A stretch of DNA of 64,000 bases from Candidatus Rifleibacteriota bacterium (GTDB taxonomy: Bacteria; Muiribacteriota; Ozemobacteria; Ozemobacterales; Ozemobacteraceae), in the NCBI GenBank assembly GCA_015232575.1, contig JADFZL010000003.1, positions 128,001 through 192,000 of the forward strand, in the 5' to 3' direction. Positions 29,301 to 37,838 of this stretch are shown one piece after another. Position 1 is the first letter of the stretch, and every line of letters begins with the position of its first letter. The position numbers were made by a program, and so were the translations under genes. The notes below the pieces were generated by a model that was given only the letters and a program-made list of their open reading frames with translations, did no database searches and was not told the DNA's origin.

Positions 29301-29467
29301 AGATCCGCTGGAAGTGTTGTTTTTTCTGAACTTCCAATAGGTCCTGATCCATTTGGATAACTTATTACACCAGTGATAGGATCCTGGGGACCCTTACCAT
29401 CACATGCAAAAAGGTGGGAACTGGCAACCAGCAAAAAAGCTATAAGCAGATGAAAAAAATATTTCAT
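26333..29467 (-). CDS. large (1044 aa) lipoprotein of unknown function, first gene of the pseudopilin operon
   Basis: MKYFFHLLIAFLLVASSHLFAC signal peptide + lipobox (start moved to the internal Met with a GGAGG RBS); G/P/N/T-rich beta-type sequence; no recognisable catalytic motif. Confidence 0.5.
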   Translation of the reverse strand: MKYFFHLLIAFLLVASSHLFACDGKGPQDPITGVISYPNGSGPIGSSEKTTLPADLENTPFAGGKFFKAWDENDMKFLVVPCGTKVVFEGLIQSAIPIDPPRPIFWEEGEAKNQYATTFADAPKPTWTITGNGRGDYDPGSGPPGEPTFRIFPLNAEQSPSCMVVVDESGTGPAVNANWSLEYDEKTARNMLGYSWQQNKAFIIPQINAKIPGLNVEAVFDKILSTPATPDFGGDVLSYVPETTSFTASKPSHKSALEAWLKEKILTPLAIGTKKDIGAAPVTRAFKDIGSNPNYSKGPIAEKEKIILASCYIACQGNPTWYSSGVYNTNFFITPPASSTQINKASTFVSVNFNTPTAPDYWKVDCQTNLESYSDWVWVWIEGTRKLKPELTQISSATTNLDDYYEWSLDENDYDVGGIFVRGSYPAIGYSSPGRNTIVYVTVVDTQPPASFSWVATTGEIKGATGKTLAQSSTADKIKFKVLDNNPLLSTNDSNKLKYNSDIMGTKSLETLEIFEAGERKSGNNKNSEFARYLIPSDEGFWPPGETPLIGATFTYNVCVPVYVGLKGSSNENSPFPSLLGVTVVPAQRFVWKNISVDPSKAVPKILDRNGAPVSSLKDLYSAADETWEGHSSIEFEVPLSDLNEPMGYNFAQTSDNYILPFGDAARGNFTAPATLPTDGTPVFSDGIHFYPWSAKAIKMFPTVTDGSGNQTPSADNVLAIASLTFSGVDLPDNFVSSWTQPTGNLNAPTSTLPVKGGRLTYTSPAGNWGEFMFLSSLVDEGKPNIALEILNTKIHKATLYGNLFAGEGQSPKYWEAFTQARTASVVIATDSNIGMKSYTDQDTQYSDSQWLFNYLLTADQETGYFPTQDNVEKGFFRPWLFAVPETNLTISEIKPPNYWNGGDTVAANKTAFHHDSKIPLVFRYWTWDNINAFKNTDSSFPCGVSVKLTSDSKFKDDNGKVTSMITLMDTPTYPSGGVVPVDKFYWREYTFPNPNDDGEECSIKLEASDKVTIPNNRTLKVHFRIWSPNMEIIRTLEDQRHKR

Positions 29468-29663
29468 ATCTCCCTCCCCAATTTCTTTTTTCACTTTAAA
29501 ACATCGTTTCAAAAACACTTGTAAGATGATATTTCAGTCACTATTAAAAAGGATCTTTTCATTCTTCTACAAAAAACACTTTTCTATTATCAGTATATCA
29601 CTTTCTTCAAAAAATGAGTATACGAAATCTCCTAATGATTTGTAAAGAAAGTCTGAAGTGAAA

Positions 29664-30173
29664 TTAAAAAAAGGCCGGGAATATTAGAATTATTGTTCGA
29701 AGGGCAATATTGGCAAGCATTCCGGCGACAAGGTCATCCATTACAATGCCAGTACCACCTTCATAGCTTTCAAAAAGGTTGATTGGAAAAAATTTCAGGA
29801 TATCAAAAATTCGAAAAAGGATAAAAGCAGCCAGATAGACTGCAAAATTGACTTTCCAGATAAAGAGCAGAGTTGCCCACATTCCGACAATTTCATCGAC
29901 AATTACAAACGATGGATCTTCTATTCTGCTTATCTGCTGAGCCCTTTCGGCAAGTGCAATAGAAATGATTGTAGTTATGGAAAAAAGAAGGATTTGTATG
30001 TACCAGCTGAACTCGCTGGTAAGATAAAATGCCAGCAAACCCCACAGGCTTCCAAAAGTTGCAGGAACAACAGGCATGTAGCCAATGCCAAGGCCCGACG
30101 ACAGAAGATAGACTGTCTTGTTTGCGCTGGAGCTATTCGTCCAGGAGATGCCAATTTTTTTTGAAGTAGTCAT
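29664..30173 (-). CDS. pgpA: phosphatidylglycerophosphatase A
   Basis: GLGIGYMPVVPATFGSLWG motif and size typical of PgpA. Confidence 0.75.
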   Translation of the reverse strand: MTTSKKIGISWTNSSSANKTVYLLSSGLGIGYMPVVPATFGSLWGLLAFYLTSEFSWYIQILLFSITTIISIALAERAQQISRIEDPSFVIVDEIVGMWATLLFIWKVNFAVYLAAFILFRIFDILKFFPINLFESYEGGTGIVMDDLVAGMLANIALRTIILIFPAFF

Positions 30174-30738
30174 AGCCTGATAGTACTGTTATTACAACAG
30201 ATATGTAAAGGAGAATTGTAAGAATATTAGAATAATACGGATAAAAACTTCCCTTGAATTCTGTCAGGTTATACGTTTCTATAATCACTTTGAATGATAT
30301 AAAAACGAGAGTGGTAATAATTGAAACCATCTGTGCGGTAGTTTTCCATTTTCCGAATGAACTTGCTTCGATAGGCATTCCTTTGGGAATACCTATCAAT
30401 CGCAGACCAGTAACTGCGAATTCCCGTGCAATGATTATAGCAGCACACCACGCTGGAATATGCGATATAAATCTGTATTCAACAAGTACAATAAGTGCTG
30501 TACTGACAAGAAGCTTGTCGGCAATCGGGTCTATGAACTTTCCGAAATTTGTTACTTCCTGATAATAGCGTGCAAGCATGCCATCGTAATAGTCGGTAAT
30601 AGCCGCGATAATGAAAATAGCTGTGGCACTTACTTTTCCCCAGTCAGAAATCAGTTTTTCCCCGTTCCAGGTGAAGGAAATTACAAAGATGGGAATGGCA
30701 CATACTCTAAAAAGGGTTAGCTTTGTTGCAAGAGTCAT
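30133..30738 (-). CDS. pgsA: CDP-diacylglycerol--glycerol-3-phosphate 3-phosphatidyltransferase
   Basis: CDP-alcohol phosphatidyltransferase motif DYYDGMLARYYQEVTNFGKFIDPIADK; start at MTLATKL overlaps the rimO stop (ATGA). Confidence 0.8.
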   Translation of the reverse strand: MTLATKLTLFRVCAIPIFVISFTWNGEKLISDWGKVSATAIFIIAAITDYYDGMLARYYQEVTNFGKFIDPIADKLLVSTALIVLVEYRFISHIPAWCAAIIIAREFAVTGLRLIGIPKGMPIEASSFGKWKTTAQMVSIITTLVFISFKVIIETYNLTEFKGSFYPYYSNILTILLYISVVITVLSGYDYFKKNWHLLDE

Positions 30739-32018
30739 TCTTCTTTTTCCGCATAGAGGTCGTAGGAATCGGCTTTTGTTATTCGTACAGTGCAAAAATC
30801 GCCGGGCAATAATTCTCCATCGTGAGGAAAACTGGTTTCAAGATCAATTTCGGGTGAGTCGCCGTGGGTGCGTCCGAATACCTGGTCATTTTCAATTCTG
30901 TCAACGATTACTTCATATTTCTTTCCGACCATTTTCTGATTTATCTCGTTTGCAATAAGCCCCTGTAAAGTCATCAATTCATCAAGGCGATTCTTTCTTG
31001 TTGGATTAGGTACTTTAGGGCTGATTTTATATGCAGGGGTGCCTTCTTCAGGGGAATAGGGGAATGCGCCGAGACGATCGAATGGTTTTCTCTCGATGTA
31101 ATTGATTAATTCTTCAAAATCAGCTCTGGTTTCACCGGGAAACCCTACTATGAGAGTCGTGCGAAGAGTTCCAGCAGGATAATTTTTGCGAATGTGCGAA
31201 ACTATTTGAGTCAGCTGTTTTTTTGTTACGCCGCGATTCATAAGGGTTAGAATTCGTTCTGAAACATGCTGAAAAGGTATATCAAAATATTGAAGAACCT
31301 TTGGTATAGAGAAAAGTTCATCAATTATTGCCGGAGTAAGTCTTTTTGGATGCAGATACTGCAGGCGTATCCATTTAATGCGGCTGATTGTCGAAATTTC
31401 CTTCAGAAGTTCAGGCAGAAGATACTTTGCATTGTTGTCTCTGCCGTAATTTGTTGTGTCCTGGGCAACAACAATAAGTTCTCTTGCGCCTGTATCAGCT
31501 AATTCCTGAGCTTCCTTAATAAGATTATCAATTGAAAAGGATTTAAATGGTCCTCTGATGTCGGGAATGGCGCAATAGGCACATCTGTTATCGCAACCTT
31601 CTGCTATTTTAAGAAAACCGACATGAGGCAAAGTCAGATATCTTCGTTTTGGCGAACAGCTGTGCTTCTGCTTCTGCGGTTTTAATATTGTATCCAGTTC
31701 AGAGCCGGTAAAGAAAGTGAAAATATGATCAATCTCTGGAATTTCAGTCTGAATAGTATCAAAATATCGTTTAATAAGGCATCCAAAAACGATGACTTTC
31801 ATCTCTGGATTATCTTTTTTCAATTCAACGACTTTCATTATCTTTTCAAGTGATTCTTCTTTTGCGTCGCGAATGAATCCACAGGTGTTGATAAGGACAA
31901 AATCAGACTTATTTATTTCCTGAGAATACGAATAACCTTTCGATATCAGGTCAGCAATCAGCTTTTCTGAATCGACAGTATTTTTAGGACATCCAAGTGA
32001 TATAAGGTGAAATTTCAT
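30735..32018 (-). CDS. rimO: ribosomal protein S12 methylthiotransferase RimO (MiaB-family radical SAM with TRAM domain)
   Basis: MKFHLISLGCPKNTVDSE N-terminus; CAYCAIP radical SAM cluster; C-terminal TRAM. Confidence 0.75.
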   Translation of the reverse strand: MKFHLISLGCPKNTVDSEKLIADLISKGYSYSQEINKSDFVLINTCGFIRDAKEESLEKIMKVVELKKDNPEMKVIVFGCLIKRYFDTIQTEIPEIDHIFTFFTGSELDTILKPQKQKHSCSPKRRYLTLPHVGFLKIAEGCDNRCAYCAIPDIRGPFKSFSIDNLIKEAQELADTGARELIVVAQDTTNYGRDNNAKYLLPELLKEISTISRIKWIRLQYLHPKRLTPAIIDELFSIPKVLQYFDIPFQHVSERILTLMNRGVTKKQLTQIVSHIRKNYPAGTLRTTLIVGFPGETRADFEELINYIERKPFDRLGAFPYSPEEGTPAYKISPKVPNPTRKNRLDELMTLQGLIANEINQKMVGKKYEVIVDRIENDQVFGRTHGDSPEIDLETSFPHDGELLPGDFCTVRITKADSYDLYAEKEE

Positions 32019-32077
32019 CAGTAGAAGGATATACGTTTCTTAAAATATATGCAAGTATTTTTGAGTAGTTGAATCTG

Positions 32078-33055
32078 TTATTTAATTTGTTGTTTCGTGT
32101 CTGAATCTTCTGATCTTTTGCCTTTTGCGATTTCTTCAGCAACTGATGACCAGTTGATTCTAGATAAAGATTCAGTAAATTCCTTGTCCGTGGTTAGTTT
32201 TCTGACTTTTGGATGAGCGAGAAGGTTTGCGATTTTTCCATCTTTTATAAGCATTTGAATTTCCTGATCGTTTCGAAGATCAGAAATTGTATTGTTATTC
32301 AAGAGAGGGGAAAATTCATTTTTTAATTTCTGAGTATCAATTTTTTGGAAGTCTATTCCATTTTTGCAGTCCATGGCAATCTTAATAATTGGCATAGGAT
32401 CTACATCTAATCCAGGAATTTTTGATGGAATCATAAAGTTGCTGATTTTCATGGCAGTTGAATTATCATTTCCACCGATGCTTTTATTTGATGGCATAAT
32501 AGAAATAATAACCAGAAAAATTATACTTATTACAATTCCTTCCAGGATACCAAGTAAACCACCAGAAATTTTATGAAAAGCAAGCGGTGGTTTTCGATAT
32601 ATTTTCATAGATGGAATGATAAAGCCTGCTATGGTATAAAGCGGAAAAAAGATAAGGTAAAAGCCTGCTATCTGACCCGCCATTCCTTCCAAGTGAATCA
32701 GCGAACCTGCCTGAGCCCTGAAAATAAGGGCTATTGCGACTGAACCTAATATTCTTGTAAGAAAAAAAACTTCACGAATTATACCATTCAGATAACCCAG
32801 GATTGCAAAAAGAAGAATCGTTAACAGAGTAAAAAGGTCAGACCATGATGAAAAAGTAATGTTTTTTGAGGAAAACATATCTACTGTCATGGTAATAATA
32901 GCCAGTAAATAGGCTGTAATAATGAGTGGTTTTAAAAGAAATTTGAAGAAACCTTCGGTTTCAGGCGGAGGTGTATCAATAATTCTGACTATGGATGCGG
33001 CAGTCTGTGCAGCATTTTGTTTTATTTCGTTTTCCGGTACTGTTTGATTACTCAA
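32078..33055 (-). CDS. CvpA-family (colicin V production) membrane protein with C-terminal extension
   Basis: LLTILLFAILGYLNGIIREVFFLTRILGSVAIALIF resembles the CvpA TM core. Confidence 0.45.
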   Translation of the reverse strand: MSNQTVPENEIKQNAAQTAASIVRIIDTPPPETEGFFKFLLKPLIITAYLLAIITMTVDMFSSKNITFSSWSDLFTLLTILLFAILGYLNGIIREVFFLTRILGSVAIALIFRAQAGSLIHLEGMAGQIAGFYLIFFPLYTIAGFIIPSMKIYRKPPLAFHKISGGLLGILEGIVISIIFLVIISIMPSNKSIGGNDNSTAMKISNFMIPSKIPGLDVDPMPIIKIAMDCKNGIDFQKIDTQKLKNEFSPLLNNNTISDLRNDQEIQMLIKDGKIANLLAHPKVRKLTTDKEFTESLSRINWSSVAEEIAKGKRSEDSDTKQQIK

Positions 33056-33154
33056 AATATATTAACCCTCACCCTTGCCCTTCGCATGCGTTAACTTAAA
33101 GTAGGCAAAATCTTAAATAATGAGACAAACTTTTTATTAACTTTGTGGTAGATT

Positions 33155-33218
33155 GTCATCTCGAGCGAATGTGAGATATCTCAATAATGCGAGCTTTCTT
33201 CCTTCGGTCGAAATGACA
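33155..33218. repeat. palindromic intergenic repeat, family 1, copy B
   Basis: gtcatctcgagcgaatgtgagatatctc...gagctttcttccttcggtcgaaatgaca. Confidence 0.8.
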
Positions 33219-33264
33219 AAATCGGAATTCTGATGCTTAAGTTAACGCACATGTCAGTAAATTT

Positions 33265-34533
33265 TCAACTTAAAAAGCTGATAATATCCTTATAAGTAAC
33301 GAATACAAGCATTGTCAGAAGAAAGATCATTCCCAGGAAGTGAATTTTTTCTTCCCATTCAGGTGTGATAATAAGTTTTGTTCCGATTATTGAATTGATG
33401 AATCCAAGAATGACTTCCAGAAGGACGAATACAATTCTTCCGCCGTCAAGAACGGGGAAGGGGAACAGGTTAATGAGGCCAATATTTATTGAAAGAAGTG
33501 CTGTCAGTGAAAGCAGATCAGCTAACCCTTTGTGAGCCTGTTGTTTAATCATGTGCATTATTTTCACCGGACCCGCAAAATCAGCTTCTGTTTCACCAAA
33601 AATCATTCCGGCGATTCCCATAACTGTCTGCATGATTATTGCCCCAGTTCTTTCGAATGCTTTGCTTAAGGCTTTTCCTGATGAAAGTGATTTGAAATCA
33701 TAGATATTAGGAGCAAGAGAAACGCCAATTTTCCCTGTTCCTTCTGAACCGGCAGGAGTTACAGGAATTTTCAGGTTTTCTCTGCTGTAAATCAGGTAAT
33801 TTCCGTTGTTATGTGACGTTGAACCCTGAATAAGACCTCCGCCAAATCCAGGTCTTGGAATTGGATGGTCGCGTATTACATCGAGAATAATCTCTTTTCC
33901 GCCATGTTTCTGTACTACAGAAATTCCTTCGCTCCACTCTTCAAGCTTGACACCGGCTACGGCAGTAATAATGTCACCTTTTTTAATTCCGGCAAGTTCT
34001 GCAGGTTTTCCTTTGGAAAGATCAAGTACGGCCATATTGGAAAGAGGGCCGCCTGAAACGGTAAAAATGATAAAATAAAGAACCACTGCCCAGAAAAGAT
34101 TCATAATTGAACCGGCAGCGAGAACAAGAACTTTAACCCATCTTGATTTTGACGGATAACCTCTAGGGTCAGTTGGATCAAGGAGCGGAATTACATCGTC
34201 GGGATCTGGTTCTGGCTGAGGTTCTGTGGTCGGTTTTGCTTCAGGATTCTCACTCTGTTTCTGGGCTTCATCTGAAGGTTTTTCTTCTTCTTCCGGAGCA
34301 TCCATGCCGGCAAGGCGAACAAAACCACCAAGTGGGAAGGGCCTTAATGAATAAAGAGTTTCACCCCATCTGAATTTCAGAAGTCGATTTCCAAAACCGA
34401 TTGCAAATTCTATTACCCAAATTCCGGTTAACTTTGCTGTTATGTAATGACCGAATTCATGTACCAGGGCAATACTTCCAAGAACAAAGCAAATTGATAA
34501 AAAAGTAGTAATAATCATTAAAATAATTGTCAT
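33265..34533 (-). CDS. rseP: RIP metalloprotease RseP (site-2 protease, M50 family)
   Basis: HEFGHYITAK HExxH motif; PDZ domain; NLFPFPVLDGG LDG motif. Confidence 0.85.
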   Translation of the reverse strand: MTIILMIITTFLSICFVLGSIALVHEFGHYITAKLTGIWVIEFAIGFGNRLLKFRWGETLYSLRPFPLGGFVRLAGMDAPEEEEKPSDEAQKQSENPEAKPTTEPQPEPDPDDVIPLLDPTDPRGYPSKSRWVKVLVLAAGSIMNLFWAVVLYFIIFTVSGGPLSNMAVLDLSKGKPAELAGIKKGDIITAVAGVKLEEWSEGISVVQKHGGKEIILDVIRDHPIPRPGFGGGLIQGSTSHNNGNYLIYSRENLKIPVTPAGSEGTGKIGVSLAPNIYDFKSLSSGKALSKAFERTGAIIMQTVMGIAGMIFGETEADFAGPVKIMHMIKQQAHKGLADLLSLTALLSINIGLINLFPFPVLDGGRIVFVLLEVILGFINSIIGTKLIITPEWEEKIHFLGMIFLLTMLVFVTYKDIISFLS

Positions 34534-34592
34534 TCCAGTTTATCCAATCTTTATTGATAATTAATATGAGTGAAGTTTGAGAGAAGGGTTAA

Positions 34593-35369
34593 TCAGAGCG
34601 CCAGATACAAATATGCAATCGGAGCAACAAAAATAAGGCTGTCGATACGGTCGAGAATACCACCGTGAGCGCCGAGAATAGTTCCAGAGTCCTTTATTCC
34701 TGCTTCCCGCTTAAGAACAGATTCGAACAGATCAGACAACTGTCCGAAAATTCCAATTGAGATTCCCAGACTTATGGCTTTGTTTATTCCGAGTGGGAGA
34801 AATCTCGTTTTGGAAAGGAGGAAAACTGTAAGAATCACTGCAAACAGGCCGCCAACACTGCCGGAAATTGTCTTTTTCGGACTTATTTTTGGAGCTAGTG
34901 CCGGACCTCTGAATGTCATTCCTACTGCGTATGCCCCGGTATCAAGTGCCCAGACAGCAGCCAGGACAGCAAAAAGTACTTCACCGCCTTTAATATGGCC
35001 GAGAATCAGAAAAAAGGACAGGCAAAAGGGTATGTACAAAATATTTACCATTCCGAGCGAAAACCTTTTATAGCCATTTTCATTAAAACCTTTCAGAACA
35101 ATCATAGAGCCAAGTGCCATTACAGAAATTCCAGCTGAAACAGCAAGGCCTTTTTCAAGCCAGAGTGCACTTGCTAACATGATTATTGTACCAAGAAAAA
35201 ATTCCGGATATGGCGATGATTTCTGGTCTGTTGAAAACATTCTGTACAATTCAAATTGTCCGATCAGTGAAACAATGAGAAGCAATGTGAATCTGAAATA
35301 GTCTCCGGCTGTCAGAAAAAAGTAAACAGCTGGAATACCTATGAGAGCTATTATTATACGTGAAATCAT
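34593..35369 (-). CDS. cdsA: phosphatidate cytidylyltransferase
   Basis: SGSVGGLFAVILT...GGILDRIDSLIF signature. Confidence 0.85.
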   Translation of the reverse strand: MISRIIIALIGIPAVYFFLTAGDYFRFTLLLIVSLIGQFELYRMFSTDQKSSPYPEFFLGTIIMLASALWLEKGLAVSAGISVMALGSMIVLKGFNENGYKRFSLGMVNILYIPFCLSFFLILGHIKGGEVLFAVLAAVWALDTGAYAVGMTFRGPALAPKISPKKTISGSVGGLFAVILTVFLLSKTRFLPLGINKAISLGISIGIFGQLSDLFESVLKREAGIKDSGTILGAHGGILDRIDSLIFVAPIAYLYLAL

Positions 35370-36155
35370 TTACTTGCCAGCCTTAATCTGTTCACTTGTT
35401 TTTCCGAAACGCCTTTCTCTTTTCTGATAGCTGCTGACCGCAGTCAGGAACTGAATTTCATCAAAATCGGGCCAGTTAACATCGGTAAAATAGAATTCTG
35501 AATATGCTGATTCCCACAGGAGGAAATTGCTTATGCGCATTTCTCCGCTTGTTCTGATAATCAGATCAGGGTCTGGAATGTGAGGTGCGTAGAGCATTTC
35601 AGCAACCAGTTTTTCGTCTATTTTCTCTGGTGGAATTTTCTGTTCGGCGATTTTTTTTAATGCATCAATAATTTCTGCTCTGCCGCCGTAATTAATACAG
35701 AGATTGAGCATTGTTCCGGTATTATTGGCCATTAACTCTCTTGATTTTCTGGCTTCTTCGATAATTTCAGCAGCTAATCCTTCTTTTCTTCCCATCATGT
35801 TAAAACGGAAGCCTTCATCGTGAAGTTCCTGGCGCTCACGGGCAATATATGTGCGAATGAGGCGCATCAGAGCGGAAACTTCAAAGCTTGGTCTGGTCCA
35901 GTTTTCGGAAGAAAAAACGAAGAGACTTATACAGCCGACTCCAATTTTATCAGCAATTCGGACAATTTTTTTTACATTCTTTGCGCCTGCCTGATGGCCG
36001 CGTATTCTGGAGAGACCCTGAGATTTAGCCCATCTTCCGTTTCCATCCATGATTATGCCGATGTGACGGGGGACTGAAGAAACATTAATTTCCTTGATCA
36101 GTGTTTCAATTTCCTGTGGATACAGAATGGCCGAACGAGTTGCTTGTTGCTTCAC
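35370..36155 (-). CDS. uppS: isoprenyl transferase (undecaprenyl diphosphate synthase); GTG start
   Basis: HIGIIMDGNGRWA and FSSENWTRP motifs. Confidence 0.9.
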   Translation of the reverse strand: MKQQATRSAILYPQEIETLIKEINVSSVPRHIGIIMDGNGRWAKSQGLSRIRGHQAGAKNVKKIVRIADKIGVGCISLFVFSSENWTRPSFEVSALMRLIRTYIARERQELHDEGFRFNMMGRKEGLAAEIIEEARKSRELMANNTGTMLNLCINYGGRAEIIDALKKIAEQKIPPEKIDEKLVAEMLYAPHIPDPDLIIRTSGEMRISNFLLWESAYSEFYFTDVNWPDFDEIQFLTAVSSYQKRERRFGKTSEQIKAGK

Positions 36156-36156
36156 C

Positions 36157-36327
36157 TTATTGTCCGGATCCCTTCACAATGGCTTCCACGGGGCAAACAT
36201 CTTCGCATTCTCCGCAATTGTTGCATTTAGAGGTAATTATGAAAGGTTCGCCTTCTTTAATGGCGTTCTGTGGACAAATTGACAAGCAACTGCCGCAGCC
36301 CATGCAGTCTTCAGTGATCTTGTACAT
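36157..36327 (-). CDS. 2[4Fe-4S] ferredoxin (56 aa), absent from the ORF track (below its length cutoff)
   Basis: hand translation of the minus strand gives MYKITEDCMGCGSCLSICPQNAIKEGEPFIITSKCNNCGECEDVCPVEAIVKGSGQ*, i.e. two Cx2Cx2Cx3CP motifs; it fits exactly between the frr stop (2-nt gap) and the uppS start (1-nt gap). Confidence 0.7.
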   Translation of the reverse strand: MYKITEDCMGCGSCLSICPQNAIKEGEPFIITSKCNNCGECEDVCPVEAIVKGSGQ

Positions 36328-36329
36328 AA

Positions 36330-36890
36330 CTACCGTCCCAGTATTTCTTTTTCTTTTGCTTCAAGCAAATGATTGATTTTTTCAATGAAACTGTCGGTAA
36401 TTTTCTGAACGCGATCGGTGGTTTTTTTGCATTCGTCCTGAGTAATTTCACTCTTTTTTTCAAGAGCTTTGAGCGCGTCATTTGCCTCGCGGCGGACGTT
36501 TCTGATTGCGACTCTAAATTCTTCAGCTTTTTTCTTGCATGATTTTACGAGATCATTACGGCGCTCTTCAGTAAGTGGCGGTATGGGAAGGCGGATGAGT
36601 TGTCCGTCATTCATCGGATTAAGTCCGAGGTCTGATTTTTGAATGGCTTTCTCGATTTCACCAAGAAGGTTCTTTTCCCATGGTTGAATTATTATGGTTT
36701 TTGCATCTGGTGCTGAAACGGAGGCAACATGATGCAGCGCGGTATCTGTTCCATAATAGTTTACTACTATTCTGTCTAACAATGACGGTGTTGCTCTCGA
36801 AGTCCGCATTGTAGAATATTCTTTTCTCAGGACTTCTACTGACTGTTCCATTTTGGTTTCAGATTCTTTAACAATTTTTTCAAGAGACAT
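36330..36890 (-). CDS. frr: ribosome recycling factor
   Basis: 186 aa; LDRIVVNYYGTDTALHHVASVSAPDAKTIIIQPWEK. Confidence 0.9.
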   Translation of the reverse strand: MSLEKIVKESETKMEQSVEVLRKEYSTMRTSRATPSLLDRIVVNYYGTDTALHHVASVSAPDAKTIIIQPWEKNLLGEIEKAIQKSDLGLNPMNDGQLIRLPIPPLTEERRNDLVKSCKKKAEEFRVAIRNVRREANDALKALEKKSEITQDECKKTTDRVQKITDSFIEKINHLLEAKEKEILGR

Positions 36891-37074
36891 AAAATTCCTC
36901 CGGGCATTTTAGTATTTCAGGCATTTATATTAATCAAAATTTATTTACGAATCAGCTTCGGGCTCGATAAATCAAGCCCCTACAAAAGCATGATGAACAA
37001 ATTTTGCAGAATTGGTAGTATATTATCATTTTTCGACAAATTTGCAACCATATAAAGGTTTATTTTATTATTTT

Positions 37075-37788
37075 TCAATAGACTCGAGTGCCGATCTTGT
37101 CACCGATACAGGCTTTTAATAAATTTCCTCTTTCGGCGAGTGAAGTAACAATTAATGGCAGCTTGTTTTCACGGCATAAAGCAATTGCCATTAAATCCAT
37201 AACGCCAAGTTGTTTGTCAAGAACTTCACTGTAGGTTATGGTTTCAAACTTTTTTGCATCAGGATTTTTTTCGGGATCTGAATCATACACTCCGTCGACT
37301 TTTGTTGCTTTGATAAGTACGTCGCAACCTGTTTCAATTGCACGGAGGGCAGCTGCGGTATCAGTGCTGAAGAAAGGATTTCCTGTTCCGCCTGCGAAAA
37401 AACAGACATATCCATCAGAAACAGCTTTTCTGACATTATCAATCTGGTAGGATTCACAGATTCCCGGCATTGCAACTGCAGAGAAAACGCGTGTTTTAAC
37501 ATGTTTTTCGAGATGGTCTGCGAAACATATTGCGTTCATTACGGTTGCGAGCATTCCTATATAATCACCATGAAATCTTTTAAGTGCTGGAAGGGCGTTT
37601 CTACCGCCCCTGAAAAGATTTCCTCCGCCAAGAACAACTGATGGAGTGATTTTCTTCTCAACGAGTTCGGCAATCATTTCAGAAAAATTTTCAAGACTTG
37701 ACTTGTCGAAACCGGTTCCTGAATCACCGCCAAGCATTTCCCCGGAAAGTTTTACCAGAGGTTTGGAAAATTGAAATTTTTTATTCAT
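37075..37788 (-). CDS. pyrH: UMP kinase
   Basis: VKLSGEMLGG...VLGGGNLFRG amino-acid-kinase fold motifs. Confidence 0.9.
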   Translation of the reverse strand: MNKKFQFSKPLVKLSGEMLGGDSGTGFDKSSLENFSEMIAELVEKKITPSVVLGGGNLFRGGRNALPALKRFHGDYIGMLATVMNAICFADHLEKHVKTRVFSAVAMPGICESYQIDNVRKAVSDGYVCFFAGGTGNPFFSTDTAAALRAIETGCDVLIKATKVDGVYDSDPEKNPDAKKFETITYSEVLDKQLGVMDLMAIALCRENKLPLIVTSLAERGNLLKACIGDKIGTRVY

Positions 37789-37838
37789 TGCATAAAAATA
37801 CGCCGGGCTGTGAGCCCGGCTTATTATCCTTTATCAGA

